From: Hormiphora californensis
Lineage: Eukaryota; Animalia; Ctenophora
Direction: 5' to 3'
Length of the DNA stretch: 64,000 nt
Assembly: GCA_020137815.1 (NCBI GenBank)
Contig: CM035359.1
Span: 3,844,001-3,908,000, forward strand
Shown here: positions 11,480 to 24,689 of the stretch, piece after piece
Layout: each line of letters opens with the position of its first letter
Position numbering within the stretch: position 1 is the first letter of the stretch
Notes under the pieces: generated by a model
Database searches by the model: none
What the model was told of the DNA's origin: nothing
The model's input: only the letters and a program-made list of their open reading frames with translations
Translations under genes and position numbers: made by a program

Positions 11480-12746
11480 GTATGTAGTGTTATTTATAGT
11501 GACGTCATATAGACATTTCAATGATGATCTTGTTCAGGATTAAATAGGGAGGAAAATTAGAAAGAGAGAGAGAGAAAGTGAGATTAGCAGCCACAGAAGA
11601 TATTAAAAATCTTGTTCCGTCATATAGACTTTACATTCCATCCTATAGAAATTGAACAATTATAATACCCTAGGTTTCACCTAATCGGCGCTCTGATCTG
11701 CTGGTCCACTATCATCAACCATTTACGTAATATTTCCACTTCATCTAATAGACAGGATCCGACAAACGAGTCGGAATCACTGTCTTTGGGGTGGTTAAAC
11801 ATTTCATGGCACCTAATAACGAGTTTGGACTTTGTTTTCATCATCTAACAATGCAGGGAACTGCAACAAGGAAAAACAACGTGACCATGTTTGCCAAGAA
11901 GGGTAACCCCAACCAATTATTGGGACTATTGACTGTGATATACCAAATTCCAGATTAGTTGGCATCTCCAGGTACAGTGTCATGGAAATGGTTCCCTGTA
12001 AGCATTAAAGGGACAGTATTAAAATTGTAAAACTTGTTTTAGAATTTAAACAAAACGGTAATCTTGGACACGTTTTGAGGCGTAAGCGAGCCGTAACTGG
12101 GCCGGCATGAGATGACGTACGTCAGGTGTAATCGGGTCCTAATATCCCGATTTAACAATGAAACCGTAAATTCGGGAGGTAACTTCCTTGGTCAATCCGT
12201 TACCTCGATGTCATCATACTATTAAGGAAGGTTGCAACAGACCTGTTATCTAACTCATATGTAGGGATCCTAATCGGTAACTGGTAGCCAGTACGGGATG
12301 GGTCATGTGTACACCGAACTAAGTTGTACTTGCGGATATTAAAGCACTTCAACGAAATTCAGCCGAACTCACAGTAACCATTATATTTTGTTGGGAGTTA
12401 CAGCGATTCAAAGACGTCATATTTGGTATTTCAATTGACGAACTAATTAAATAAACAGGGATTCCGATCAATGATTGTGTCAACTATCACTAATATTAAC
12501 AATAGGACACAAAAATTAAGGAACAAGTTTACATGGATAAAGTTCCTGGATCAACAGGGAAACACCTTGTCCAGGTAATTAGCGGTAATTAGCGGCAATT
12601 AGCGGTAACTGTACAGCACCGTACTGAAGTTCGCACCGCCGTCTTATATAGGGCGTTCTGTTAATTTGGTAAAACCTAAAACCTAACCCAACCCTATAAT
12701 TGGTTACCTGTAAATTTCGCACGTAAGTGCCAGAACACCCTAACTG

Positions 12747-12855
12747 CAGGAACCGACCGACACAAGTAAACAGCCAATCAGAGCTAGTTATTTAGGTCAC
12801 GTGACTGGTTATCAGCCAATAAGGGACCAGTATTTCCTGATGCGGTCGGTTCCTG
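12747..12855. mobile_element. Full-length copy of the CCAAT/GTCACGTGAC MITE-like repeat with TIRs
   Basis: CAGGAACCGACCG ... CGGTCGGTTCCTG terminal inverted repeats. Confidence 0.8.
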
Positions 12856-12938
12856 ACCCTAACATTTACCGCCAACACCCTAACATCACCCTAACAACAC
12901 CCTAACAACACCCTAACATTTACCGCCAACACCCCCAG

Positions 12939-13195
12939 CCTGCAACTATGGAAGACAAAGTTTGTGTTGAAGAACTGTATGACGAATGCTACCGGCGTGG
13001 TGTCAAACTTGGTTGGTAAAAAGGAGATCATAGTCGATCTCAATATGACGAGAATTGAAGTACTACAAGATGCTAAAGCGGTGATGAGTGTTGAATATAA
13101 GGGTGATTGGGTTTGCCCGCTAGCCACATCAGTTGTGTACGGGTGGAAGATTGATCAGTATGACAATGAGGCTGCTACCCATTACACATTACCAA
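12939..13195 (+). CDS. Putative internal exon of the SRCR/Ly6 locus, no recognised domain
   Basis: CCCAG acceptor, open frame ...KNCMTNATGVVSNLVG...YKGDWVCPLATSVVYGWKIDQY..., GTAAG donor. Confidence 0.45.
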
Positions 13196-13678
13196 GTAAG
13201 ATAATTATCAAATTAGTTGTTAAATCAAATTAATTATTTAATTAATTATTAAGATAAATTGTTAAATGGGGGTTTTGTTTCTGAGATTTAATGTCATGCA
13301 GGTTTTGTTACGAAACTAATATACATAATTCCTTCACAGTGGTAGTATCACACATAATGGATTACCGGTTAACCAAGGGACTCTGGGGACGCTCACTTAC
13401 CACTACCTCTAAATGTGTTGCCGGAACAGCTCTCAGTATTACATGTTAGTTGCAAGTTACATGTTAGTTGCATATATCATAAATATTAGAACATTTAATT
13501 GATATGTTATATCAATTAAATGTTCTAATATTTGTGTGGCGATGTGTTGCGCCCCGCACTACAAATGTAAAGGAGGGTTAGAACACATATGTAACAAGCA
13601 AAACTCTATCCCCGATCTGCATCCCCCCGGTAACTATAGCATTCCCCGGTAACTTCAGTAACTATATAATGGTTTCAG

Positions 13679-15218
13679 GTAAGCCCTTGTTGGTTTGTTG
13701 GAAGTGTCTGGCGGATAACGATGAAGATTGTATGAAGGAGGAGTTCTTATCGGAGGAGACGTGCAACATGAACGTGCTCCAGTGTTTCATGCTCAAATCT
13801 AAAACCAAGGACGGAAAAACACAAGTCCGAAGGTAGAGTTTTACTATAATTAGCAAACTATTGGTAATACCGTGTGCGGCAAAAAAAAGGCCCCCCCTAG
13901 ACCACCATAGTTGCCGATGTGGTGGAGAGCTGTAACTTGGCAGGGTTGCTCCACTATGTCTATCTTGATCCTGACAGAAAAATCAGAGCTCTAGCTCAAA
14001 ATTCATTTTTTTGATAGGAATGAACATTGTCATTCATTCCAAGAAAAAAATATTTTCGGTCCAGAATTCAAGCAATTATCTTTGGCCATCGATTAGCTTT
14101 CCAATGTGACCAAGATCATCTAAATTGGGCAACCACAAGAGACACAGTGTCATCTTTCTTAAATTTAATCAGGTCATGTGATCTTCACCGAATCGTTGAG
14201 TGTTCAGTATTACGAATCGGTCTAAGTGGTAGAGAATCACGTATCACGGCTACTAATGAGGGATGACGATGCTGATTGGTCATGAGATCTGTAGCTCTTT
14301 GATAAATGTCCTCTTTCCTCGAATCACATTACCCTGTATTGGTACACATACCTCATTAGCGGCCGTGATACGAGATTCCTCTGCCCATTGGCTCGATTAG
14401 CAATCCCGGATAATCAACGATTCGGTGAAGATCACATGACCTGACTAACTTTAAGAAACATGACACTGTGTCTCTTGTGGTTGCCCAATTTAGATGATCT
14501 TGGTCACATTGGAAAGCTAATCGATGGCCAAAGATAATTGCTTGAATTCTGGACCGAAAATATTTTTTTCTTGGAATGAATGACAATGTTCATTCCTATC
14601 AAAAAAATGAATTTTGAGCTAGAGCTCTGATTTTTCTGTCAGGATCAAGATAGACATAGTGGAGCAACCCTGCCAAGTTACAGCTCTCCACCACATCGGC
14701 AACTATGGTGGTCTAGGGGGGGCCTTTTTTTTGCCGCACACGGTACTATGACACGGCGAATTAAGTGCAAGTCAGAGAAAAACCCCAGGGAAAATATCCA
14801 GGAAAATCAATTTGCACATAACGAAGTGTGTGCTTTTTTAAAGAATAGACGGTATTTTCTACTCGCTGTTTATCAAACAGACCCATAATATTTTATTGAT
14901 GCAATATTAACTCTAATATACAGGGGTTGTGGTTGGAGAGCGGCCGATACCAGCACGAAGGACCCACTAAACAAGAAAACATGTGAATTGTGGATGAGTA
15001 AAGATCTGTGTGGGGAGGATGGCAAGATCTGCTTCTGTCGGGACTGCTACGGACGGCTCTGCAACGATTCGCCCATGTTTAAGGCTGCCCAAATGGCAAT
15101 GAAGGGCATCAGGGGAACAGTCTCGGGGCTTTCCACTCTGGTGGATGGTTTATCAAACCTTCTCAGAAGTGGCATGTTTGATATATCTCTGTTTGTTGGA
15201 AACAATACTAAATTTTAA
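13679..15218 (+). CDS. Ly6/uPAR (three-finger, quiver-like) domain, exons 13679-13832 and 14924-15218
   Basis: Spliced translation LVCWKCLADNDEDCMKEEFLSEETCNMNVLQCFMLKSKTKDGKTQVRRGCGW...TCELWMSKDLCGEDGKICFCRDCYGRLCN: N-terminal CxxC, RGC and terminal LCN typical of LU domains. Splice phases are compatible. Confidence 0.7.
13870..14743. mobile_element. TA-flanked foldback MITE with ~320-bp near-perfect TIRs
   Basis: TA|CCGTGTGCGGCAAAAAAAAGGCCCC ... GGGGCCTTTTTTTTGCCGCACACGG|TA. The mirror ORFs 14027-14266(+) and 14356-14586(-) reflect the palindrome. Confidence 0.9.
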
Positions 15219-15884
15219 ATAATTTATATTCTGCAGTAAATACTATGAAGTATGAATTACTCTAAATGATTTATATTCTGCTAATATTTGATAACTTATT
15301 TCTTTTCGAAAGCTGGCGCATTGTTGAAATTTGTTTACTGTAAATTCTTAAATTGGGGGGGTCCGTAGCGTGTACTTTGTCCGGTACATTTTCGCAGTGC
15401 ACTGCCAGTGTACAAATTGAAACAGGGTCGAGCAAGGATAGACATTCTTACTCGATTCAGTACCATGATACTACCTATTCAATATTCGCCATAATATAAG
15501 CACTTGGTGACGCCTTGGTGACATAGACACTATGTCACCAAGGTGACGCCATAACATAAGCACTTGGTGACGCAGTCACCCTTAAAACTCCCGTGATTAG
15601 CACGGTAAAACGAAGCCCGCGAAGCCACCAACTAAGCCACCAACGAAGCCACCAACATAAGCACATCGACCAACATAAGCACAAACATCAAACATATGAT
15701 TAGCAAATAGCAACTTACCGGCTGGTTGTAGTGTGTGCTGTGTAGTTTTCATATTTTCCAGATATATTAGTAGGTACAAGCAATATGTGGCTTTCTCAAA
15801 GGGTGATGATCGTTGTTGAGTAAGGGGGAACAAGATGATCGGGACCGATGGTCACTATTGCGGATTGCCATTTCCTTTTGCTAA

Positions 15885-16815
15885 AATGAGTTGAAATGAA
15901 ATGATTTGGCTTAAATAAGACACAAACTTGTATCTATATTATCGAACGAAACTGACTCTGGGACCCCCTCATGCCCACGCACAGCAACTAGCAAGGGGGT
16001 GCAAGGCATCCTGAAAATTAATATCTATCCGCGGACGGTTTGGTGGGTCCCTGGCTCAGCCAGTGGCTGATCAAGCTCTCAAATAGGACCCCAACTCAGG
16101 GAATGGAGACGTAAATAATACCGCTGCTATCTGTCAGCTATCGTGCGAACTAATAGTTCCCGCTTGACCTTGGGGACTTGCCATGCTACGGAAAGCTCAT
16201 ACCGTTCGCGTGAGCTCAAACCTTTCGCTGAAGGCGAAAGATCACACCGTAAGCTCATAACGTAAGCTCACACCGGTGTGAGAACCGACCGACTGGGAAC
16301 ATGTTTGGCAAACGCTACTGACCCTCAGCCGGGGATGAGGCAGCGCTTTTCAATGAACAGTGAACACTTCAACTGGGGGCGCCGGTTACGATCTGGGTGT
16401 TTGGTGGCCTGTTTATAACAGGTGCACGCTTCCAAAAAAGTTGATTCACTAAAATGGCTATAACCGCCAAATCACTCAACCGTTTTGGCTAATTCAAAGT
16501 TTATCTGGTAGGAAACGTCAAGGCCTAACCCCAACCCTAACCCCAACCCTAACCCTACTTTAGCCCTAACCCTAAAAACCGTTTGTCTGCACTCACGAAA
16601 CACCCAGATTTTAACGCTGGACGTCAACTGGGGACGGACAGAAAACAGAACCGAGTGACGTGATCGGATTTTATCTGCATCTGCATCGGATCATCTGCAT
16701 TCCAGGTAAGGCCGGGGGTTTGAAAACCACGCGCACTTCACAAGCGCGGTTCCACTTTGCGCGTTTCCCAGCGTGTTGGCGCGACGTTCTCACTTGAACC
16801 GTCACCGCGCGCTCC
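15885..16815 (-). mobile_element. Probable SINE-like retroposon interrupted by a MITE
   Basis: On the minus strand: a GC-rich head with a B-box-like GGTTTTCAAACCC (~16716-16728), a structured GC-rich body and a CATTT-repeat tail near 15890. Split by the element at 16379-16623. Confidence 0.4.
16379..16623. mobile_element. Non-autonomous element with imperfect TIRs, internal CCCTAA-like repeats and ~10-bp TSD
   Basis: ATCTGGGTGTTT / AAACACCCAGAT subterminal inverted repeat. TCAACTGGGG on both flanks. A second copy is at 30149-30560. Confidence 0.65.
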
Positions 16816-17742
16816 ATTCATGATATGTGAACTCTCGTCAGTTGGAGAGAGATCAGTGCTGCAGTTGTGCTGCAATGGCGGTTGATTTCAGTTGCACGCG
16901 AAACTCTCCAGCACTTGTGCAGCAGTGCAGTGACCATCAAGGGTGGGGTTATACTTGGAATAAGAACGGACTACTTGATGCACCCACTACCAAGTTCCAT
17001 GAATTGGGAACAAATTGCAACATGTCCAAACTTGAGCGTTAACACCCGATAAATCAATGTTTCATTGTTTCAAAGTAAAACTCTCGATTCTTTTTAGTCA
17101 ATTATTTGTAGATAATAATTTTAGACTACACAAAATTTACATTTGACACATTTGAAAAAAAGAAGATACTGACATGAGATGACTGGATGTGCTTATTTCA
17201 TACATACTTTAATAATATATTTAATACTAGAGTTTGAGTTAAACTACATTACATAATAATCATATTTTATAATTTGTATTCCCAGTTTGCATTTCATTAT
17301 ATATCAAAAACTCCATCACCATCGCCACAACATATTTTTTCAGGGGTTTTTTAAATAATAATAATACTATTTCTAACCTACTGTTCCTACTGTTTTTTTT
17401 AAACTTTTCAACACATACTTTTAACAAACCACAATTCATTCCAGGACAATACAAAACTTACAATCTCTCAGATTTTTTGAGAGACTCAACTTCTGTTGAT
17501 AAATTGTACATAATTTAATAATTTGACACCGTACAACTTCATTTCAAAAACCATTGAGAAATCGCCTCCAGATATTCAGTGGTATGAATTATAATTCTTA
17601 ATTTAGCACCAAAAAATTGTTATGTTCTAACCCTCCTTTACACAGTCTAGCTAGGCAACCAAAAAAGATATCTAAGGTACATTTAACTTGTGTATACAAA
17701 GGAGCTGGGACCTAGTGTAAATATAATACATATATCATAATA

Positions 17743-17887
17743 CAGTCGGACCCCGATTTACCGGGATGCTCGGGGAAAGGGTTTTGCCCGGTAAATCGGG
17801 GTGCCCGGTATATCGGGGGAAAATACTGTTTCGGGGGAAGATTATGCTCCCGGTAAATCGGGGTTCCGGTAAATCGGGGTCCGACTG
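17743..17887. mobile_element. Tc1/mariner-type MITE (TA|CAGTCGGACCCCGATTTACC TIR)
   Basis: Perfect TIRs with TA flanks. The family recurs at 24102-24263 and 42796-42927, and partially at about 3262-3321 and 49290-49353. Confidence 0.85.
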
Positions 17888-18116
17888 TAATACATAATCA
17901 CGATGATAGCTAACTCATCACCGGTACCTAGATAATTAACGTTAAACTCGGGCTGTGTCTGACCACTCTCATCATTTCGATTGGAAGTGAGAAATTAGGG
18001 TTAGCACGATCCCTGACAGTCTGATCCTTGAAAATTACAGTTATAATACAAGTTCTCTGGCCAGGGGACCATGACAGCTTGGCTCAGTGCTCGAAGACCA
18101 CCCCGGGGCTGCATCA

Positions 18117-18700
18117 TTAAACTAGACCATTGAGTGGTGAGTCGAGGAAGTCAGCAAGTCCTCCGCCCAGATTCATCTCGTCGATAAGAGAGTTCCATCC
18201 TCCGTTGGACTCTGTGGCCATGCTACCCAGCTTCTCACCTGGGCGGGAGATGAACAAGGTTAGGTTTTGGGTTTAATAATGGGGAATAGGATTAGGAAAA
18301 CAGGACATTAGGGAAGGATCATCGAATAGGAATGGCGAGTGGATTATTATTATTCTCATAGTCTCGTATGTGGTAGGCTTATAGGACGATACTAAAGAGC
18401 GTAAAAGGTTTACCCCAGTAAATTGGAAGGGAACTTGTGATATGACATGCGTCACACTGTCACATATGAGATTCTCTAACCCCTGTCTTTTTCTATCTTT
18501 TTCTTTGTCTCTTTCTCTCTATTTTTCTCTTTCTCTCTCTCTCTCTCTGACTCTCTCTTATTCTCCCTCCCTGTCTTTTATCTATCTCTGGCTGGCTGCC
18601 ACCCCATGATAGCTCCCAACAACGGATAGAGATGAATTTCCTGACAGCATCCAGTGCGTTGCCGTGACAACCACTGAGAACAGAATTCTCTATATTTCTA

Positions 18701-18733
<33 letters not shown>

Positions 18734-21700
18734 CCCTCTCTCTCGCTCTATCCCTCTCTCTATCTCTCTCTCTATCTCTCTCCATCTCTCTCTCTCTCTC
18801 TCACCCTCCCTACCTTTGACAATAAGCTCCGGACCGTTCAGCACCGGTCCTTCAATGAGGCTCTCAATATCTCGGACAAGGTCACTAAGCTGGGGTGAGT
18901 CCATATTATCGTTTAGTGACGGCTCCAAGTTGATAATCTCGAGGGGAGTCTGGAGGTGGGAGACACTGCTCGTAATAGGATGGGAGACGTGATGGGAGGT
19001 AGACGATGCGGTAGTGAATCCAGAGAATAGGTCGTCTTCAACTCGTTTCTGAAAACAAAACAGGGGTTAGATTGACAATAGATTATGAACACCAAATAGT
19101 TTTTACTGGAAATATGTGATGGCATTGTCTAGCGCCACGTGCCCCATCTGAATCAAATCGGGGTCTGGCGCCGCCAGCCAGTGATGGCAATACTATAAAT
19201 GGATTTTTTGACTGGTTCGTAAGAATTATATTGCTTCTAGCAAGTGTGGTTTTCTCTCTCATATAATAAGTAAAAATAGGCCACGTATGATATAGCTCTT
19301 ATGGATAACTTTAAAAGATAGGGAAAGGGAGGATCCTTTCTCTTTTTATCCCTCTCTTTAAAATATCCTGCACATTGCTTGCACTTTGCTTGTTATATGC
19401 ATTTTAATAGTCCTCCAGCTTTTACTGAACTCCCATTCTCTCTTTTCTCTCTATCTCTTTCCCCGACTTTCTCTCTTTATAGTTACTCTTCTCTCTCAGT
19501 CTCTCACCCAATTCTTCTCACTCTCGCCTGAATTGCATCTCGCCATCTCTACTTTTATCTCTCTCTCATTCTCCGTAAGGTGACTTAGCACGCATTACTG
19601 CACACGAGCGAGTGGGGAGAGAGACGAAGATAGAGAAAGGGAGAGAAAGGGAGATAGAGAAAGGGAGAGAGATGGAGAGAGATGGAGAGAGAGAAAAAGG
19701 AGAGGCAATACGAGAGTGCTTCCTCACGAGTGACCTATCAATAACTCGCATTAGGCTCCATAGAACGAAGCACCTTGACTTAATTTAGGAATTCTTGAGT
19801 GCTCAATGATTCTGGAAATCCAAGTGAAACTAAATCTAGGCTAGGTTCAAACGTCAATGCATTAAATATGCTTGACATGCTACGCACAATGACGATATAT
19901 GGCGTGTAAACTAAATCCGATTTGACAAGCTCAATGATGACACAGTCATGCTTTCAAAAGTCAATGATGACCATTATGGTGGATGTTGCCTATGCTCAAC
20001 CTACTTTCCTCCGCGGAAAGGAGAGTTAGACAATTTAACAAGGCGGATGGACATGGGGATGGAAACTTCGAATAATATTGTCAATATGAGACGGAGTTGA
20101 CCAACTAACCTCGCCCTGCGACGTTGAATTCAGTTGAATATCCCTGAGGACCATCTCAAGTTGATTCTGAATTGGATCTTCCACAGCTTTCTTCTCTGTG
20201 ACTGGGGATGGCGTCCTAACAAGAAGGAGAGATAATTAATTAATATTCTACACTTCTGTGAGGGTACTCATTGAGTCGTTTGTCCCGATTTAAGCGGAGA
20301 CAGACAGTTCAACCCTCCTTTCCAAATGTATTAATTATAACATAACAAGTTGTCTTCATACTTTGTGTATGGAGTTTGTCGGGAGCTTTTTGTGGCGGTG
20401 GGATGTCTCATTTTCAAGGAACACGTGGAGGAGGAAGAGGAAGAGGAGGAAGAGGAAGAGGAGATCTGTGGTTGGTATTGTTTCATCGGATTAGACTGAA
20501 AAGAGATCACGGTCATGATATTTCTCAATTCTCCCGATAATGTCACCTAGCTCTAACTTTGATCGGTATCAAATCACCACAATTTTCCCTCTTCTCAATT
20601 ACCGATTGAAGTTGAATTATGTTCTTGGGGAACCCGCTGGTTTGATGGTGAGGGCCTCCCGTACTAACTTGAGGAGCATGACCATTCAGACTACAAACCT
20701 CAATAGCACGACGGATGGCCGGTCGACTGGGGTTGTATGAATCTGAGGGGGGGGGGGAGTCAGTTGTTATTGGGAAGAAAAGAGGGAATGTATGAGGGAA
20801 AGAGAGAGAAAGGACCGTGGAAGAATTGATGAAGTTGTTCAATCTGTCACTCAGACTATTGCCAAGTGTATTAATCTTATTTTGGGCGGGGTAGGGATGG
20901 AGAGGATTGGAAGATTTAATTCACCAAGTTAGTTTAGGATCCTGATATAAGGTTTCACGCAAATCATAAGAGACCTGAGAATCTCAAACGAAAATTAAGG
21001 ATTGCGTCACAACTCGAAGTTCTACGTGATATAATGCTGGGGTATGCCATCTAGTTTCTCTCGCTCATGCCCTCTTTCCGATAGATTGAAAAGGGTTTCC
21101 CGTTTAAAAAGGGTAGGAGCATTCAAATTAGCATATTCAAACAATGCTTACTTGATCTAGCAACTGGATGGGGTGCTATCCTGGCCAGTGTGGGTGTTGT
21201 CGGTGCACTCCTAGGCAGGCTCCTCTTCTTCGTCTTCCTCTGTTTTAGCACGTGCACGGATGAGCCATGTTTAAAGATGTCTCCATATTCCTGGGCTGAT
21301 CGTCCAGAACCCTCCCTTTCCTGGCTCGTCCTTGTCTCGGGGCACCTGCGGGCGGGAGAGGGGGGTTAAGGTGAGTCGTGGGAAAGTGGAAATGGCTTCT
21401 TCGTTGAATATATGATGGTATGTAGACTGTTATAGTAGGGTAAAAATATGACGCATATATCATTAGATGGAATCTAATAAGAGGGGAAATGTGAGGGAAT
21501 TCAAACATAATATTATCATGGCGGCATGTCCGAGAAAGTGATAAAGGACTTTCGAAATGAAGACTCGATTTGTTTCGCTAGGATGATTTCTGACGTGTCC
21601 TTTTTACATATTATTTCGGCAGTATTATTAGGGCACAGATTATGTAATTATCACACCATGAAATTTGTCACCCCTTTTGATTATCCCGTGATTTAGCCTC

Positions 21701-22600
21701 AATGGGGCCGGGCCGCATAGGGAACTCGAAATTCTTTCATCTCATGTTTTTTTTCTGGTCGAGACGGGATTTGAGCGCTTCTGGGAGTAAATTAAAGCCG
21801 AGCGGAGGTCGGCGGCTACCAGAAAAAGCATGAAAATATGGTATCACCTTCTCTCATTTATTAGCATTTCATTAATTATTTAACTAATTATCTAATTATC
21901 TTACCTTGACGAAACATTTGTTGAGGGAGAGATTGTGCCGAATGCTGTTCTGCCAGCTCGGATCCGCGTTTCGGTAGTACGCAAAGCTATTCATGATCCA
22001 CGTGTATATGGCTGATAGGGTTATCTTATGCTTCGGGGTGTCCCTGATGGGGAGGATTCTAGTTTAGTACCATGGTAACCAGTGCAGTTACCCCATAGGG
22101 ACCACTAGCTCAGTTACCACTTAACCAATAACCCAACAAAAACCACCTTTTTCTAACCCTAATACATACAACACACGTGTATTAAACTGCCAAAAAACTT
22201 GGCAGACTGCCGGATAAATTCCAGATCTCACGGTTACCATGCCAACGTGTTGCAGCGTGTCACAGTAAGTGGTACCTATCGGTGCATGCCTTATTCTAAC
22301 TTCTAGAATGTTCTAACGTAGAGATAGCATTGAAATGCAAAAACGGAAATATGTAGGGTGGACGAAAAGGAAGGAGAGAAAATGAGGGAGAGAGAGAGAG
22401 AGTGAGAGAGAGAGAGAGAAAGAGGAGAGATAGACCTTGAATGATAGATGGAAAGAGAGATTGGCTTAGTTTAATTGGATGCGCTCATCGTTTTGAGCTG
22501 TGGGAGGTCTACCGACCAGGGATGACGTAGAGAGAGAGAGAGTACGGTTGGAAACCTGCCCCTAGACCCCCTGGAGCTGAGAGAGATACTTACTTAGAGA

Positions 22601-22665
<65 letters not shown>

Positions 22666-23872
22666 GGGTATATATGGGTGGGGACAACCGATTAATATAT
22701 AGATCACAGCTGTTGTAGCTCAGCACACTAGCCCAGCACACTACACTATACAATATACAGTACTAATCTGGTGCATGCTAATACCCTGATACCAACTTGG
22801 TATCACCTAGCCCCCTCTTACCAACACACCCCACAGTATGGTATCACCTAGCCCCCTCTAACCAACACACCCCACAGTATTATGACGTTGTTATACTAAT
22901 TAGGGTTAAACAGGACTATTCCCAATCATATCTCGATATTGTATAACACTACGTGTACCGATGTATATGAGAGCCAGACATTCAATATAGCACAATCGGA
23001 ACCCGATACATCATTCAATTTGGACACAAATCTATAGCACCCTGAAAACGATAATAACTTCATTTTTACTACCACTATAACTGCATTACGTACGAGCAAA
23101 AAGAAACAAACCCACTCTTTCGGATTCTCTACCATAAGTATTTCCATCCCGAAAATAGTTTTTTCTTCTCATATAAATGAAACTGACTAACCTGATCGCC
23201 ATGCAGATGAGGGTAGCGTAACTGTATGGTGGTTTTATCTGGCTATTCTTGCTATACTCAACAGCTGAGTGTCTGCCCACTGCCCCACCTCCACTTCCAC
23301 TGCTGGCTGTTGAAGAGTGACGTGATCTGTCATCCATCTGGGGGAGGGGAAACTTGTTATGGAGGGGAGGAGGGGGAGGGGGAAATAGTTATGGAGAGGG
23401 GAGGAGAGGGGGGATGTGGAACTAGTTATGGTGGGGAGGGGAGGGGAGGAGAAATAGTTATGGAGAGGGGAGGAGAGGGGAGGAGGAAACCCGATAGATT
23501 ACAAAAGTGCCCTTTCCCAATCAGTGCTGCCCTACAAGCTACAAGTATGCCGTTCCTTGCAGAAATAACTTAGTTCCCTTGGTTACCCTAGTTACCTTAG
23601 TTACCCTAGTTACCCTAGTTACCCTATAGTTACCCTATAGTTACCCTAGTTACCTTGGAAGGGGAGGAAGAAGAGGATGAACTGGAAGATGATGCAATTG
23701 TCCTTCTTGGCACGCCGCCCAGCCCCTCACTGAGGCTCATATTAATATGTTGGAGCCACTGTAGGTTTGTTAGAGAGCTGTTTAGCAGATCCTCCTGGGA
23801 ATCGCTAGGTGGTGAGGTGGAGGAGGTGGTGGAGTAGCCTTCATACCCGACCAGGTGATCTGATGTTGTCAT
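18117..23872 (-). CDS. FOXJ1: Forkhead box J1 transcription factor, 8 coding exons
   Basis: Exons at about 23872-23654 (SLTNLQWLQ), 23337-23192 ([15 protein letters not shown]), 22043-21905 ([41 protein letters not shown]), 21345-21152 ([14 protein letters not shown]), 20742-20699, 20215-20110, 19048-18814 and 18238-18117. Splice phases are consistent once a +1 indel at about 21290 is corrected. The forkhead sequence and SLTxLQWL motif match FoxJ1. Confidence 0.88.
23576..23653. repeat. 9-bp minisatellite (GTTACCCTA)n at a FoxJ1 splice donor
   Basis: Tandem units reading GTAACTAGG on the gene strand. Confidence 0.8.
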
Positions 23873-24101
23873 GATCTTCGGTACCCTATATATTGGAGGT
23901 GGGCTTATTAGGACACGAGAAATATACGTTTTATCATTATTAATAGGACACGAGAACTACTGCAGCAGCTGTTATATTTTGTAAATTGATGATTACAGTA
24001 TGTGGGTTTGTAAGAGTTACATAAGAACTACTATTTAACAGTAATAGGCAGAACTAGTTAGTACAATAGTTCCAAAACCACTAGTACAGTGATTACTGGT
24101 A

Positions 24102-24263
24102 CAGTCGGACCCCGATTTACCGGGACTCGATTTACCGGAACCCCGATTTACCAGGAGGATAATCTTCCCCCGATATAGGAAATTAATATAACGGTATTTT
24201 GACCCCGATAAACCTGGCATCCCGATTTACCGGGCAAAATCCCGGTAAATCGGGGTCCGACTG
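24102..24263. mobile_element. Tc1/mariner-type MITE (CAGTCGGACCCCG family)
   Basis: TA|CAGTCGGACCCCGATTTACC ... GGTAAATCGGGGTCCGACTG|TA. Confidence 0.85.
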
Positions 24264-24619
24264 TACATACAATTCGAAAGGTAATACATACTAAAATGTT
24301 CCTGATATCAAAGAAGCATTGTATCTACTGAAATCATTTCAGTAGACACAATTTTAGTACAATTTCAGTGAAATGTTAACCACATGTACAAACACGCATG
24401 ACCACGCATCACACCGGAACAAGGATGACAGTAAACTGACAGCACTTCAGCTCGCAGCTGGGCCGTGAAGCAGGGCCACAGCTGGGAGATATAGTATTGA
24501 CCTATGGAAGAGAGAGATACTGGGCTAAAACTTGACACAAAAGAGCTAGGCCATGAGAGATAGGCCATGATCAGCTAAATTGATGGAACAGGCCATGACT
24601 AAGTTAGTTTGACAACACT

Positions 24620-24689
<70 letters not shown>

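Noticed and set aside
16525-16575. Telomere or interstitial telomeric repeat
   Set aside because: Short degenerate CCCTAA units internal to a dispersed element that recurs at about 30510.
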